A DNA stretch of 64,000 nucleotides from an uncultured virus (IMG/VR IMGVR_UViG_3300033146_001398) (IMGVR_UViG_3300033146_001398); one strand, 5' to 3'; shown: positions 28,344 to 39,906, counted from the first letter of the stretch. Made by a program: numbers and translations. The notes: generated from the letters alone by a model not told the origin.

Positions 28344-29489
28344 ATGACAGACCTAATAAGTTTAGAGTATTTAAAACTCTATACAAAAGATTGGAATAAG
28401 AAAGATTTTATAGAAGTACGTACGATGGTGAATAGCATCGAAGGTTCTACTAATAATTTTTATAATAATTTTAGGTCTATTTTGCTTAAGAATTATAGAT
28501 GTAGTAAAAAAATAGTTAAAGAGCTTAATGGTAAGGAGAAAGAGTACATTTATATTAAGTTATTTGATAAAATAATTGCAGTGACAAAAAATAATTGTCA
28601 AATTTTTATTAGAGTTGAATTCTTAGATAATTTTAAATTATTATTTAGTTATTTAGAAGAAGCTAAGAATGTTAAAGTTTGCTACAGTGTGAATAGTAAA
28701 GTGATTGCTTCTGATTTATCTATCGCAGGTGGTTATGATTATATGAAAACGGTTAATTATTTGCAGTTTGATATCGAAGAGACTTTTAAAACACCTTATT
28801 ATGATGGTAAGGAAGCTAAGTTCGATATGTTTGTTGATATTATAACTAAGAAATTATCTTCGTATGGCTTAACAGATTACACTAAAGTTTATTCTGGTAA
28901 TGGCGCTCATGCTATTTTTAGAATTAAAGAAACTAAAATAACTGACGGGAGAAAAGACTGGTACAAAGAGTTCTTTGGTTTTATTAGTGATTGTTTTAAT
29001 GGTCAAGAGTTTAAATTAGATTTAGTTAAAGATTTCACTCGTGTATTAGGATTGCCGGGAACTTTGAATTGTAAATGGAATAAAAAAGTAAAATTAGTTA
29101 ATTTTAGTGGTGTTACTAATACTTTTAAATTAAAAACTAAAAAGAAGAGGAAATATAATGTAGATAAAAGTAATATTAAAATATTAAGTTTTAAGTCTGA
29201 TGATGAACGAGAGGCTAAGTTTTTAGAAGAACCTTTAGTAAAAGCATTATTAAACGAATGCTGGCCTAAAGGTGAGCGTAATTTAAAACTAATATTTCCG
29301 TTAAAATTATTATTTATTTTATATGGTTATGACGAGCGAGATGAGTTCGTTAATTATATCTATTCTGAAGTCGATTTAGTTCAGGGCGGTAAGATATGTC
29401 GAAACTTCCCGGTGAAAGCTGAAGGGTTCCCTAAAAACTTTGTTAATTCTTTCTTTATTGAACTTGGATTGCCTATTATTTATAAATAA
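28344..29489 (+). CDS. Archaeo-eukaryotic primase (AEP) with helical C-terminal domain
   Basis: LQFDIE, YSGNGAH, D..KDFTRVLGLPGTLN; C-terminal KGERN. Confidence 0.85.
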   Translation: MTDLISLEYLKLYTKDWNKKDFIEVRTMVNSIEGSTNNFYNNFRSILLKNYRCSKKIVKELNGKEKEYIYIKLFDKIIAVTKNNCQIFIRVEFLDNFKLLFSYLEEAKNVKVCYSVNSKVIASDLSIAGGYDYMKTVNYLQFDIEETFKTPYYDGKEAKFDMFVDIITKKLSSYGLTDYTKVYSGNGAHAIFRIKETKITDGRKDWYKEFFGFISDCFNGQEFKLDLVKDFTRVLGLPGTLNCKWNKKVKLVNFSGVTNTFKLKTKKKRKYNVDKSNIKILSFKSDDEREAKFLEEPLVKALLNECWPKGERNLKLIFPLKLLFILYGYDERDEFVNYIYSEVDLVQGGKICRNFPVKAEGFPKNFVNSFFIELGLPIIYK

Positions 29490-29502
29490 ACTAAATAAAA
29501 AG

Positions 29503-29561
29503 GAAAAGATATATAAATAAGCATTATATTAATTATACTATTATAAGGTGATTAAAAAATG
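29503..29561 (+). promoter_or_regulatory. Promoter-leader-RBS block (copies at 39290..39345 and 45661..45716)
   Basis: GAAAA..TATAAATA..ATATTA.TTATACTATTA..AAGGTGA..AAATG shared by three unrelated genes. Confidence 0.8.
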
Positions 29562-29964
29562 ATAATTGTTAAAATACGACAAACGATAAAAAACAAAGTA
29601 TTCAAAAACAATGTTGGATTAGATGTGATAGCTTTAGACAATTCAAGTTTAAGTTTTTCAGCTGAGTTTATATTTCTAGGTTTCACAAAATCAGGTAATA
29701 TGATTTTAGGCGATGTTCATTCATCAGGCCCAAAATTAGAAGATTATAAATGGAACAAAAGATTTGCAAAGTTTCATTCAGGAAGATTCTGGGTAAACGG
29801 AAACAGGTACAGTGTTGGTGTAGAAGAATGAACTCTAAAGAAACTACAGAACGTGTAAAGGAGTTAAAATCTCAAGGTTTCACGACATCTGAAGCTATTG
29901 CTGAAGTTCAGAACGAAGAAGTTCTAGCAGAATCAAAAACACCGTGGGAAGATGAGGAAGAAAG

Positions 29965-30396
29965 ATGAAAATTGTATTAAATAAATGTTATGGTGGCTTT
30001 GGATTAAGTCCAAAAGCACAAGAGTTGTATCTAAAGAAGATTGGAAAGAAGGCATATTTTTATAAGCAAATAGGTTATGCCCATAACAACGATGAAAAAC
30101 ATATAAAAATTAGCACAGAGGAAGCACAACATAATAGTAGTATATCTATCTCTACATATACAAAAGATATGGGTGAAATAATAACAAAACATGTTGATGA
30201 ATTTTATTGGTATGAACGGTTTGACGATGATAGAAACAATAAGGAACTTATTGAAACAATAGAAGAACTTGGAACAAGTGTTGCATCTGGACACCTTGCT
30301 AAATTACAAATAGTAGAAATTCCTGATGGTGTTGAATGGGAGTTAGACGAGTATGATGGAATTGAATCTATACATGAAACACATAGGAGTTGGTAA
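29965..30396 (+). CDS. Conserved phage hypothetical protein
   Basis: KIVLNKCYGGFGLS...LIETIEELG..ASG..AKLQIVEIPDGVEW..EYDGIESIHE pattern common in tailed viruses. Confidence 0.75.
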   Translation: MKIVLNKCYGGFGLSPKAQELYLKKIGKKAYFYKQIGYAHNNDEKHIKISTEEAQHNSSISISTYTKDMGEIITKHVDEFYWYERFDDDRNNKELIETIEELGTSVASGHLAKLQIVEIPDGVEWELDEYDGIESIHETHRSW

Positions 30397-31376
30397 AGAT
30401 GAACACTAAACTAAGAAATTACGCTAAAGTTGGTGCATGCGAGTTTCCTGCAAGGACAGAGGCACAGATTATTACGGCGATTGAAAAATGTGTAGTTAAA
30501 AGAAAAGATGGTATGACTACGCCTTTTTTACATAAGTTTCAATTAATGGAAGAACTGGGTTTAAAATGAAATCGTACAAAATATTACAAGAAGTTGATAG
30601 TAATAAACACTATTTAGAATTTAAAGTGTTTGATGAATATATTAATTGTAAAGTGCTTGTAAGTATTGCAGGACAAAAAATAGGTGTATTTGCTAGTACA
30701 GGGACAAAACATATAGAAAGCATAAATTGGTATGATGTGTATCTTGCAGTAATACAAGGTAAGTTAGAACCAGTAGAAGAATATTACAATGAAGAAGACG
30801 AGGATGACTAATGACGCACATAAAGATAATATTTTTGAGGGATCAGCTTGAGGATATACGACAGGAAATAAATGCATTGATGGAAAGAAAAAACGAACTA
30901 ACAAACGATTTGATTCAGGAGTTAAAATGAGAACTATAGAAATACCGCTTAGAGATTACGCTGTGATGTTAATTACGAGTTTAAGTTATGGTACATTATT
31001 TATATTTACACTTTTAAAATCAGCTGCAACAGACTTTGTAATAACTATGTCTTTTAATAGTTATAAAGAAGCTGTTGCGGAAGTAATAATAACTTTAGTG
31101 TTAGTATTAACAATATTTAATATGTTTGTGAACATTAGATTTCACAGAATAGGGAAGGTAAAAAAATGATGCTACAACAACATTTAGACATGCTTATCAA
31201 AGCAAGGAATAATCTTGGCCACTCAGATTATGTTAAGATGTGGGGAGAAAACTTAGGCAACCACATATGGCGTCAAGAAGGTAGTGATTTGTTAAGAATT
31301 TGGTCAAGTGGATTAACAACAAGACAAAAAGAATGTTTCGTAAATTACATTCTTGAGAAATTTAAGGAAGATTAAA

Positions 31377-31628
31377 ATGAAAAATAAGAAAGGACGAACA
31401 TTAAATGAATACTTAATAATTTTAGCAGTTTTAATTGTAATTGCTTTAGTTGTTGCAAGCGTACTTGGAGGATTTCCAGGCATGGGTGATGAAATTACTT
31501 ACGAATTACCAAACAAAGTTGTTTGTAATGAATTTCATACTTATAATAATATTGTTACGATATGCGATTGTGATGATGGAAAAACATATATTAATCCAGA
31601 ATTTTATAGGGAGATAAAAAATGAATAA
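31377..31628 (+). CDS. Archaeal pilin-like protein with class III signal peptide
   Basis: MKNKKG/RTLNEYLIILAVLIVIALVVASVLGGFPG: basic leader, Gly -1, Glu +5, hydrophobic helix. Confidence 0.75.
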   Translation: MKNKKGRTLNEYLIILAVLIVIALVVASVLGGFPGMGDEITYELPNKVVCNEFHTYNNIVTICDCDDGKTYINPEFYREIKNE

Positions 31629-31864
31629 GGATATGCAAATGAAACACATTGTGGTTGCTTTAATTGCAACATACGAAGATTTAGAGTTACATAGTTTACA
31701 CATAATCTTAGATGATGGAAATTACGAAGATAAAGATATCATATTTTGCATAGACTATTGCAAAAAAGAAGAAGATTATATTGGTTATGAAATAACAAAA
31801 AGACTAAGAGATTTTACAGTTGAAGAAAGAAAACAAATTATAGAAAGAAGTTGGGAGATAAAAA

Positions 31865-32263
31865 ATGAATAAGAAAGGACAACATGAAGGACTATATATT
31901 TTTGTTGGTGTACTATCAATTATCATTGTGATTGGTATATTAATGGCAACAATGACAAGATACACTGTATGGCAAAAAGGACTAAAAGGAGAAGCGTCTT
32001 TACGGGAAGCCGAATGGGACAGACAAATACAGATTAAAGAAGCAGAGGCTAATTTAGAAGCTGAAAAACTTAACGCACAATCAGAAGTTGAAAGAGCTAG
32101 AGGTGTTGCTGAAGCAAACAAAATTATTGGCGAAGGGCTAAAAAATAATGAAGAGTATATTAAATATTTATGGGTTAAAGGTTTAAGTGATGGTAATTCA
32201 GAAGTTATTTATGTGCCAACAGAAGCAAATATTCCTATAATGGAAGCTGGTAGAATAAAATGA
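31865..32263 (+). CDS. Membrane protein with SPFH/band-7-like coiled coil and KKGQ class III-like leader
   Basis: MNKKGQ + TM; GEASLREAE..EVERARGVAEANKIIG..YIKYLWV..VIYVPTEANIPIMEA. Confidence 0.75.
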   Translation: MNKKGQHEGLYIFVGVLSIIIVIGILMATMTRYTVWQKGLKGEASLREAEWDRQIQIKEAEANLEAEKLNAQSEVERARGVAEANKIIGEGLKNNEEYIKYLWVKGLSDGNSEVIYVPTEANIPIMEAGRIK

Positions 32264-35158
32264 ACATATTTAAGAAAAACACATTGAAGGTAAAAGCAAA
32301 AGAGGCTAACGAAGTCTTAGAAGCTTTAGGAATAGAAGCACACACTGAAAGTGGAAAACAAATCAGGTCAGCTATTGCAATGGAATTACTTGGTCAGAAA
32401 TATGATATGATGGACAAACATAGTAAGGCAAGTTTTGTTAAACAGAACGGAGAAGTTCTTGGACAAGTTAGAACTATGTTGATTGAAGAAGGTGTTTTAA
32501 GTAATCCTGGAACACAAGCAAAACAAATAACAAAAAGGAAATAAGATGAATATAAAATATTGCGATGTTTGCAAAAAAGAAATAACCAGTAAAGTTTATG
32601 TTGGAAATGTAATTATTAAAGGTTGGTTCAAAGGTAATGCAGGTGGGACTTCAGAAGGAGTAACTATTGAAAAAGATATCTGTAAAGATTGTTATGAAGA
32701 GTTGTTTGAAAATGACTAAAACTAAAAGAAAAGCGAACAAAGAACGTAAGCAAAGGCGACGACTTAATAACATAGTAAAGGAGTCTATGCAGTTCCAAGG
32801 TGTTGCATTAACTGTTGCAGACATGTCAAGATTACAAAGAGAAGAAGGGCATGAGATGTGTGGATATTTAAGAACAGTACATTATGATGGTCAGAGTTAT
32901 CAAGGCTATTGCCCTATATCAAATAAATCTTGTAATCACGAACATGTTAACTATGCAAATGATTGTGATGTTTATAAGAAGAGGTTTGGAAGATGAAGAT
33001 TGAATTAGATAATCAATGGAGTAAAAAGAGCGAACAGTTTGATGTACTATTTTTCGGCATACACAAAGGCAGATATTTATTTTCAATTATGATAGGTGTA
33101 TTAGGATTTGGAATAGACTTTGATTTCATAAGAGGAAAAAGATGAACTTTAAATATATTGATATTGAACAGTTTAAAGACACCGATTCATATGGTATTTA
33201 TGATAAGAATGGAGAATACTTAGCTTCAATAAAAAAAATAAGAGTTGGTGCTTGGATGACTTATTGTTTAACTGAAGTTGTTGCACAAGATGTTTATTTT
33301 TCTGCAAGTTGCTTAGATGATGTACGAAAAACGATAAAAGAGCTAAATGCAAAAGCGAACAAAAAAGGGTGAAGATGAAAAAGCATAGGTGTCTAACTTG
33401 TAACACTGCGTTTGAACCTGATAGTTCAAACGATTTGTTTTGTAAACCGAGTTGTGCAAAAAAGATTACACTAAAGAAAATGATTGAAATTGGAATAGGA
33501 AGATGAACCCTGAAGAAATGGAAGAGTTAATGGAAAGAGAAGGTTATGTTGATAGCATGGGCGGAAGAGTTCCTCTTGAGAGAATGTTATCAGAGTTTAA
33601 AGTACAGTTTGAGATTGATTTAGTTTACAGGAACTCTAAAGATATGGTGATATACATAGAGAGACAACCTGATAAGAGTTACCAAGTTAGGAGCTACATA
33701 CCTGATGAAGCTTTTGGGAGAAAAATAGAATGAATAAAGATTTAAGAAAAGTTAAAAGAACAACATTAGATGTGATGTTGAAATATATTGATATGGGTAT
33801 GTTACCTGTAACTGTACATCATGCGTCAAATAAGTTTAATCAAATGTATTTAGATAAACATGAAGAAGAATTTAATGTAGCATGCGTTAATTTAACATTA
33901 GGAGAGTATGAAGCAAAAAGACTTGAAGTATACGATAGATACTTGGGGTCCTTCAGATGAATAGAATACAAAGAATAATTGCAAAAATGTTTAAGATAGA
34001 CTTTAAACCAGTTAACATAACCGACTGCAATTTTTACGGAGTTGGTTTATCTGTCGATTTTGATGATTCAAAAGCAGTAAAAACTTCAGAATTACAACAT
34101 GCTTTTGGGAACAAAATACAAAACATGACAATATTAGGTAATGATTTTGTTAAAGACATTATTGATTCAAAAGCAAAGTTAGAAAGAAAAGTAAAAAGAT
34201 TAGAACGGAAATTGAGAAAATGATAAATAGAGAATTGTTTAAAGATTACATCCCTATATTTGAAGAATTTGAATGTGAAGAGTGCGGTAAACTTATCTTT
34301 ATGGGAGAGGGAGATTTAAACTGTTGTCATTTCTTATGCCCAGAATGTTTTAATAAATTGGGAAAAGAGATACAATGAGATACAAAGAATTTAATTTAAT
34401 GCAGATGGAACGTTTAGGTTATGAAAACCCTACTGACCATGAAGTTGAGTTATTTTCTGTACTTGGTCCTAAGTTATATAATAGATTGATAACTTGTGGG
34501 TTTAATGTTGCATACGCTGAGAGAACACTACACCAAGGCCCTGTTGAAGATTCATATCAAAGAGATATGTTATTTAATCAAAACTTAATAACAAGCCTAG
34601 CACATCAGAGAATGTGTGTAGAAAAAACAACTAATGTTTGGTTGAAAGAATTTCTTGACAACTTTTCAGAAGTGTCTTGTTTGGAGGCGTTCAGGGAAGC
34701 AATCGCGTTCCAAAGACTTGATGATGTTATAAAAGGTAATGACCAGAAATTATTGAAATAATATTTATGAGAGACTAAATGGCAAAAAATAAATGTGAAT
34801 ATTGTAAAGGTAAATTAACACTTACCAAAAAGGCGGGAACTGACTTTAATAGGTGTGACAAATGTTCAGCTTTATTTGAAACACCTAGAAAATCAGACAG
34901 GAAAAAAAATTATATAAGAAATATTTTAAGACTGGAGAAATAAATGGCATACGTACCAAAAAGAAAATTAGAATTTAAAGCTCTTAAAAATACTCTAAAT
35001 ATAAAATTAGGTTATACAGATTGGAAACCTATTTATACGTACGGTAATGAAGAAGAGCTCTACAAATATAATGTAGATAATGCGAAAAATATAAATAGTA
35101 AAAAATTATTTAGACTATTGAAAGGAACTAAAGTTCTAAAATGTAGCGAGGTAATTGA

Positions 35159-35377
35159 ATGAAACCTTTAGAGTAGCGAGTAAAAAAAATAGAACATAAC
35201 AAATATTTAATTCGTTTTGGACATTCTTCTTTGTTTAGAGAGTTTAGTTTGGTTAGGGCTCGTGATACTAGATATAAAAATAACAATGGGTCTATTACTC
35301 TGTTTAGTAACGTGTCATTACCTAATTCACTCGTAGGCAAAAGAGTTAGATTAGTTTTAGAAGTATTAGAAGATTAA
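35159..35377 (+). pseudogene. Small gene with in-frame TAG at codon 6
   Basis: GAGGT SD, ATGA overlap; MKPLE*RVKK...SLPNSLVGKRVRLVLEVLED. Confidence 0.5.
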
Positions 35378-35413
35378 GAAAAAATATATAAATAGTTAAT
35401 AAACAGAACAAAT

Positions 35414-36013
35414 ATGGTAAATAATTTTTATGAAATTGTAAAAAAAGTAAATTCTATGACGAACTCTCAAGTAAGAGCACAAGTTATATTATTACTTTTA
35501 GAGACAGACAGAGAAGGAGTTAATGATTTAATTAAATTTTTGTTAGATTCAGACTTTTTTAAAATGCCTGCGAGTACAAAATGGCATTTACCCGAAGAAG
35601 GTGGGTTAGCGAGACATAGCTTATCTGTGTATAATTTTTTTAAACATATATTAATTGAACTCGGTGTATTTGACACACATAAGAACTCTATCGTCCTCTC
35701 AGCGCTACTACACGATGTATGTAAACATGATAGTTACAAATTAGTAGAAGATAAATGGAAATACAACCAAACAGATGATAATAGACATGCACAAAAATCA
35801 ATAAATATTATTACTAAATTAATAAATTTGAAGTCGATTGAAGAAAAAATGATTAAATATCATATGGGTATTTATATGACCACTGAATTTTTAGCAGGTT
35901 CAACATACGCGACACCCGAATATAGTTTGAATGATATGAGTATTGCATTTGATAGTGATTTGGCTAAATTGATGCATTTCGCGGACAATCTTAGCAGCAT
36001 ATATGGAATGTAA
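35414..36013 (+). CDS. HD-domain phosphohydrolase
   Basis: PASTKWH...GGLARHS, ALLHDVCK, H, YHMG, HFAD. Confidence 0.9.
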   Translation: MVNNFYEIVKKVNSMTNSQVRAQVILLLLETDREGVNDLIKFLLDSDFFKMPASTKWHLPEEGGLARHSLSVYNFFKHILIELGVFDTHKNSIVLSALLHDVCKHDSYKLVEDKWKYNQTDDNRHAQKSINIITKLINLKSIEEKMIKYHMGIYMTTEFLAGSTYATPEYSLNDMSIAFDSDLAKLMHFADNLSSIYGM

Positions 36014-36106
36014 TTAATACACAAAAATGTGAAAATATTTATAAATTATAATAAATTTACTGAATTTATTAACTAAATTGGTTTAAAAACTAAAAATGGA
36101 GAAAAA

Positions 36107-36802
36107 ATGGTAGAAAATACTAAAAAAGAAGAAAATATTTTTGAAAAAGATGCTGAAGCAGTTACTGAAACAGTTACTGACGAAGAACAAATTGTGTTAG
36201 ATTCTGTTGCAGAAACACCTGAATTAGTTGCACCTGAAGAAGAGGTCGAATATGAAATTTCTGATTTCAGCGACCAACCTCAATATGATGTAAAATTCAA
36301 TGAAGCTGACACAATTACAAAAGATGACATCGTGTTATTAAAAGATGTTGTGACCATAACAGAAGTTATTGTTCCACCACCAATTATGAAAGATGCTACA
36401 GGTAAATTTATACCTGCAAAACCTTTTAACCCTAAAAATCCTGATGCAATTGGTTATAAAGTAAAAATGCAACTTAAATACTCAGGTGTTGGTGAAAAGT
36501 ATATTTCAATATTATCTAATGTTAGATGGTACGCTGGCGTTGATAAAAATACTGGTAAAAGAGTTCTTAGCCCTTGGATAGATACAAGAATTAGTAAAGA
36601 AACATGTAGGTCTGATAAAAAATCTACTGTATCTAAATTGTATTACAAGTATTGTATGTTTAAAAATTTAGAACCTGGTAAAGTACTAGCAAAAGAATTC
36701 AGAGAAGGTTTAGTTGGAATGAAAGTTCAACTAGAACAATGGTCTGACGTGTATGAAGGTAATAACGTTTTTAGAGTAGACATACATAGTTTCGTAGAAT
36801 AG
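36107..36802 (+). CDS. Hypothetical protein, possibly ssDNA-binding
   Basis: Acidic N-terminus plus beta-rich core; own promoter; upstream of nuclease-helicase. Confidence 0.5.
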   Translation: MVENTKKEENIFEKDAEAVTETVTDEEQIVLDSVAETPELVAPEEEVEYEISDFSDQPQYDVKFNEADTITKDDIVLLKDVVTITEVIVPPPIMKDATGKFIPAKPFNPKNPDAIGYKVKMQLKYSGVGEKYISILSNVRWYAGVDKNTGKRVLSPWIDTRISKETCRSDKKSTVSKLYYKYCMFKNLEPGKVLAKEFREGLVGMKVQLEQWSDVYEGNNVFRVDIHSFVE

Positions 36803-36996
36803 GTATTAAAAATGACTAAAAAGAAAGAATCTAAAAAGAGCACTAAAAAAAATAGTGTGTTAGTTATAGAGTCTATTGTAACTATTAGTAAAACACCTAT
36901 TAAAACTAGACTCTTATTGGGTCTTTCTGTTTTGCTAAATATATTTTTGGTGTTTTACACCTTTTTATTTTAATTTTATTTTTATGAGGACCAGTT

Positions 36997-39303
36997 ATGA
37001 ATGATACTAAAATAATAGAAGACATAAATATCCGCTTCAATATATCACCAAGTGCGTTAAATTGTTATTTTAAATGTGCTTTAACGTTTTATTATAACTA
37101 TATTGAAAAAGCAGAAGAGTCAGATAAAACTCATGAGTGTTATGGTCTTGGTGGAAATGTAGTTCATAATGTTCTAGAAGAGTACGCGTTAGATAAAAAA
37201 ACAAACTTACTAGAATCTTTTAATGCGAAATGGTTAGATAAAGATTTAGATAATTTAACTGGTTTCTATGGTCATAAACTTAAAAAAGCTGCATATATAG
37301 ATGCTGTACTTAATAGTAAAAAAGCGTTAGATGACGTGTATGACGTAATATGTCCTGAAGAAGAATATAAAATTCCTACTAGATATTCTCATGTTAATTT
37401 TAAAGGTATTGTAGATGTTCAAGCTAAATTAAAACAAACTATAGAAATAAAAGCTGAAAATACGAAAGGTGAAACTAAAAAAGTTATTTTAAATAAAGGT
37501 GACTTTGTAGTTATGGATTATAAAACGTCTTCAAACATGGCTGAAAAAGGCGATAATGGTTTTAAAATTCAAGGTTTATTTTACAGTTGGATTATATGGA
37601 AAGTAAAAAATATATTACCAGTCGCAACTATTTTTGAGTATAATAAAATAAATAAAAAGAAGGCGTATATATTTAATGAACAAGATTTAAAAGATTTTGA
37701 AATTTTTGTAAATGAAACATTAGACACTATAGTTTCTAAAGGTGGTGATATTAATAATTACGAACCAGGAAATTGGGATGATGTATTTAACGGTCATAAA
37801 TCATTATGTGCAGAAGAAATTAGAAGACGCTCAAATATTACTACTATAACATTAAAATTAAAAAATAACAGACTATTTTTTAATCCGTTAGAAATTAATA
37901 AAATAATACTAGATATGTTAGACAAAAGATGGACGTATAGTTGTGAAAGACATCAATATTCAGATGCATTTAAAAAGAAAATATGGGACGGTAAAAAACA
38001 TTTTTTACGTGAGAAATCTTTCCCTGCTCCTTTTATTAACGATTTTTATAAAGTATTGAAGATGTATAACGAACATTATAAAGCTGATATACAAATAAAA
38101 GTAGAAGATTTAAGAGACACTAAAGTAACTAATATATCTTTTAATACTATATTTAAAGAAAGTAAAATTGAACCGAGATATTATCAAGTAGAAGCTACTA
38201 ATATTTTTGCTTCTGAAAAAATTTATAACGTGGGTATATTTCATGGCGCATGCGCTATTGGTAAAACTATAAGTGCTGGTTCGATAATTAGAAAAGTTAA
38301 TAATAGAACATTATTTTTAGTAAATAGAAAAGAGCTCGCAGTTCAAACTAAAAAATCTTTTGAGAATCAATTAGGTGTTAAAGTCGGTTTATTAATGGAG
38401 GGTGAGTTAGAAGTTGATAAACAAATTACAGTCGGAACTATTCAAACAATAGATGCAATACTTAAGAGAAAAGATAAAACAACAAAAGCATTAGAAATGT
38501 ATTTATATAATGTGAATACAGTGATATTTGATGAATGTCATAACGTAAAGGACAGTGGGCAATATGGCCGACTTAGTAAAAAACTCAAAAATGTTAATTT
38601 AATAGTTGGTCTTTCGGGGACACCTGTTAAACGAGGACCTGATACACTTGAACTTAACAGTTTATGTGGGTTTGTTGAGTACTCATATTTAAAAGATATT
38701 GCGATAGAAGAAAAATACATTTGTCAGGATAAAATTTATTTTATCGAACATAATGGTTGTACTTGGGGTGTAGACTATAATGATAGTTATGTTAATAACA
38801 TAGTAAAAGGCGAGTTAAGAAATACTATGATAGCAGAACTTACTAATAAATTAAAGAAAAATAAAAAAATATTAATACTAACTAGACGAGTTGAGCATGC
38901 TAATGTTTTACAAAAACAAATTGAAGGTTCATATATAATAAACGGCACAACAGATTCTAAATACAGAAGTGAAATGTACGAAAATTTTGGGAGCACTAGA
39001 GGTACAGTATTAATTGGTAGCGTTCAAATATTTAGTACTGGTGTAGATATTCCTGATTTAGATGGAGTTATATACGCAGTTGCTAGTAAAGATAGCAACG
39101 AAGTAATACAAAGTATAGGCAGAATACATAGAAAAATAGAAGGTAAAGATGTTGGATTTTATTTTGATTTCTCAGATAGTGGTTGTGAATACTTAGAAAA
39201 CGCAACGAAAGAAAGACTAAGAATATTAGATGAATATAACTATAAAGTAGAAAAAATTAGATTCACTGATTTATTAGACAAATTTGAAAGAAAAAGTTTA
39301 TAA
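36997..39303 (+). CDS. Cas4/AddB-like PD-(D/E)XK nuclease fused to SF2 helicase
   Basis: ISPSAL..Y..C, GNVVH..LE, KGIVD, MDYKT, Q..FY; RYYQ, GKT, DECH, GLSGTP, TGVDIP, QSIGRIHR. Confidence 0.9.
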   Translation: MNDTKIIEDINIRFNISPSALNCYFKCALTFYYNYIEKAEESDKTHECYGLGGNVVHNVLEEYALDKKTNLLESFNAKWLDKDLDNLTGFYGHKLKKAAYIDAVLNSKKALDDVYDVICPEEEYKIPTRYSHVNFKGIVDVQAKLKQTIEIKAENTKGETKKVILNKGDFVVMDYKTSSNMAEKGDNGFKIQGLFYSWIIWKVKNILPVATIFEYNKINKKKAYIFNEQDLKDFEIFVNETLDTIVSKGGDINNYEPGNWDDVFNGHKSLCAEEIRRRSNITTITLKLKNNRLFFNPLEINKIILDMLDKRWTYSCERHQYSDAFKKKIWDGKKHFLREKSFPAPFINDFYKVLKMYNEHYKADIQIKVEDLRDTKVTNISFNTIFKESKIEPRYYQVEATNIFASEKIYNVGIFHGACAIGKTISAGSIIRKVNNRTLFLVNRKELAVQTKKSFENQLGVKVGLLMEGELEVDKQITVGTIQTIDAILKRKDKTTKALEMYLYNVNTVIFDECHNVKDSGQYGRLSKKLKNVNLIVGLSGTPVKRGPDTLELNSLCGFVEYSYLKDIAIEEKYICQDKIYFIEHNGCTWGVDYNDSYVNNIVKGELRNTMIAELTNKLKKNKKILILTRRVEHANVLQKQIEGSYIINGTTDSKYRSEMYENFGSTRGTVLIGSVQIFSTGVDIPDLDGVIYAVASKDSNEVIQSIGRIHRKIEGKDVGFYFDFSDSGCEYLENATKERLRILDEYNYKVEKIRFTDLLDKFERKSL

Positions 39304-39342
39304 ATAAGTATTATATTATTTATACTATTAAGGTGATTAAAA

Positions 39343-39906
39343 ATGGGAACTTTAAAAATTACGTCAATGGAAATAACTGAATATCAAGAGTTAATAACAA
39401 AGAATAATAAGAAAAATAATTATTCAACTACTGAAGATTTTGGAGCTGATAAAAAAAGAATCGAGGAATTGCGTGTAATTATTTACGACAATGTAAAAAA
39501 ATTATTAGATAATAATAAGGAAGCTCATAAAAATATACAACTTGTAATAGATTTTTCGTATTTAAAAAGTACTATTAACACATTAGATACTAAGTATGTG
39601 GTGATGAGAACAAATTATGATGAATTCTGTAACGCAATAGATAGAAATGTTGTACACAAAAAAGAGTTACGAACAGAGATTAGTAACTGTAATGATAGAA
39701 AAATTAAAAAAGAACTTAATATTAAATATGATTTACTACTTAAAGAGTATAGAAAAATAAAAGAAGAATTAGATATTAATGTAAAAAATAAAAAATTGCA
39801 TAGAGAATTAATGAATGAGTTGAGAGTGTTCTATAAAAAATCTAAAATTAATATATTAACAGATGAAGAAAAAATAAAAGTTAAGGAGTTACTTAATGTC
39901 GAATAA
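39343..39906 (+). CDS. Hypothetical coiled-coil protein
   Basis: Own promoter-RBS block; overlaps PolB start. Confidence 0.65.
   Translation: MGTLKITSMEITEYQELITKNNKKNNYSTTEDFGADKKRIEELRVIIYDNVKKLLDNNKEAHKNIQLVIDFSYLKSTINTLDTKYVVMRTNYDEFCNAIDRNVVHKKELRTEISNCNDRKIKKELNIKYDLLLKEYRKIKEELDINVKNKKLHRELMNELRVFYKKSKINILTDEEKIKVKELLNVE

Larger units (their letters stand above)
29559..35162 (+). other. Array of ~25 small, translationally coupled accessory genes (mostly hypothetical; several CxxC microproteins and membrane proteins)
   Basis: Track ORFs plus unlisted ones (ATG at 29828, 30399, 32546, 32993, 33375, 34220, 34779); overlapping stop/start junctions. Confidence 0.8.
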
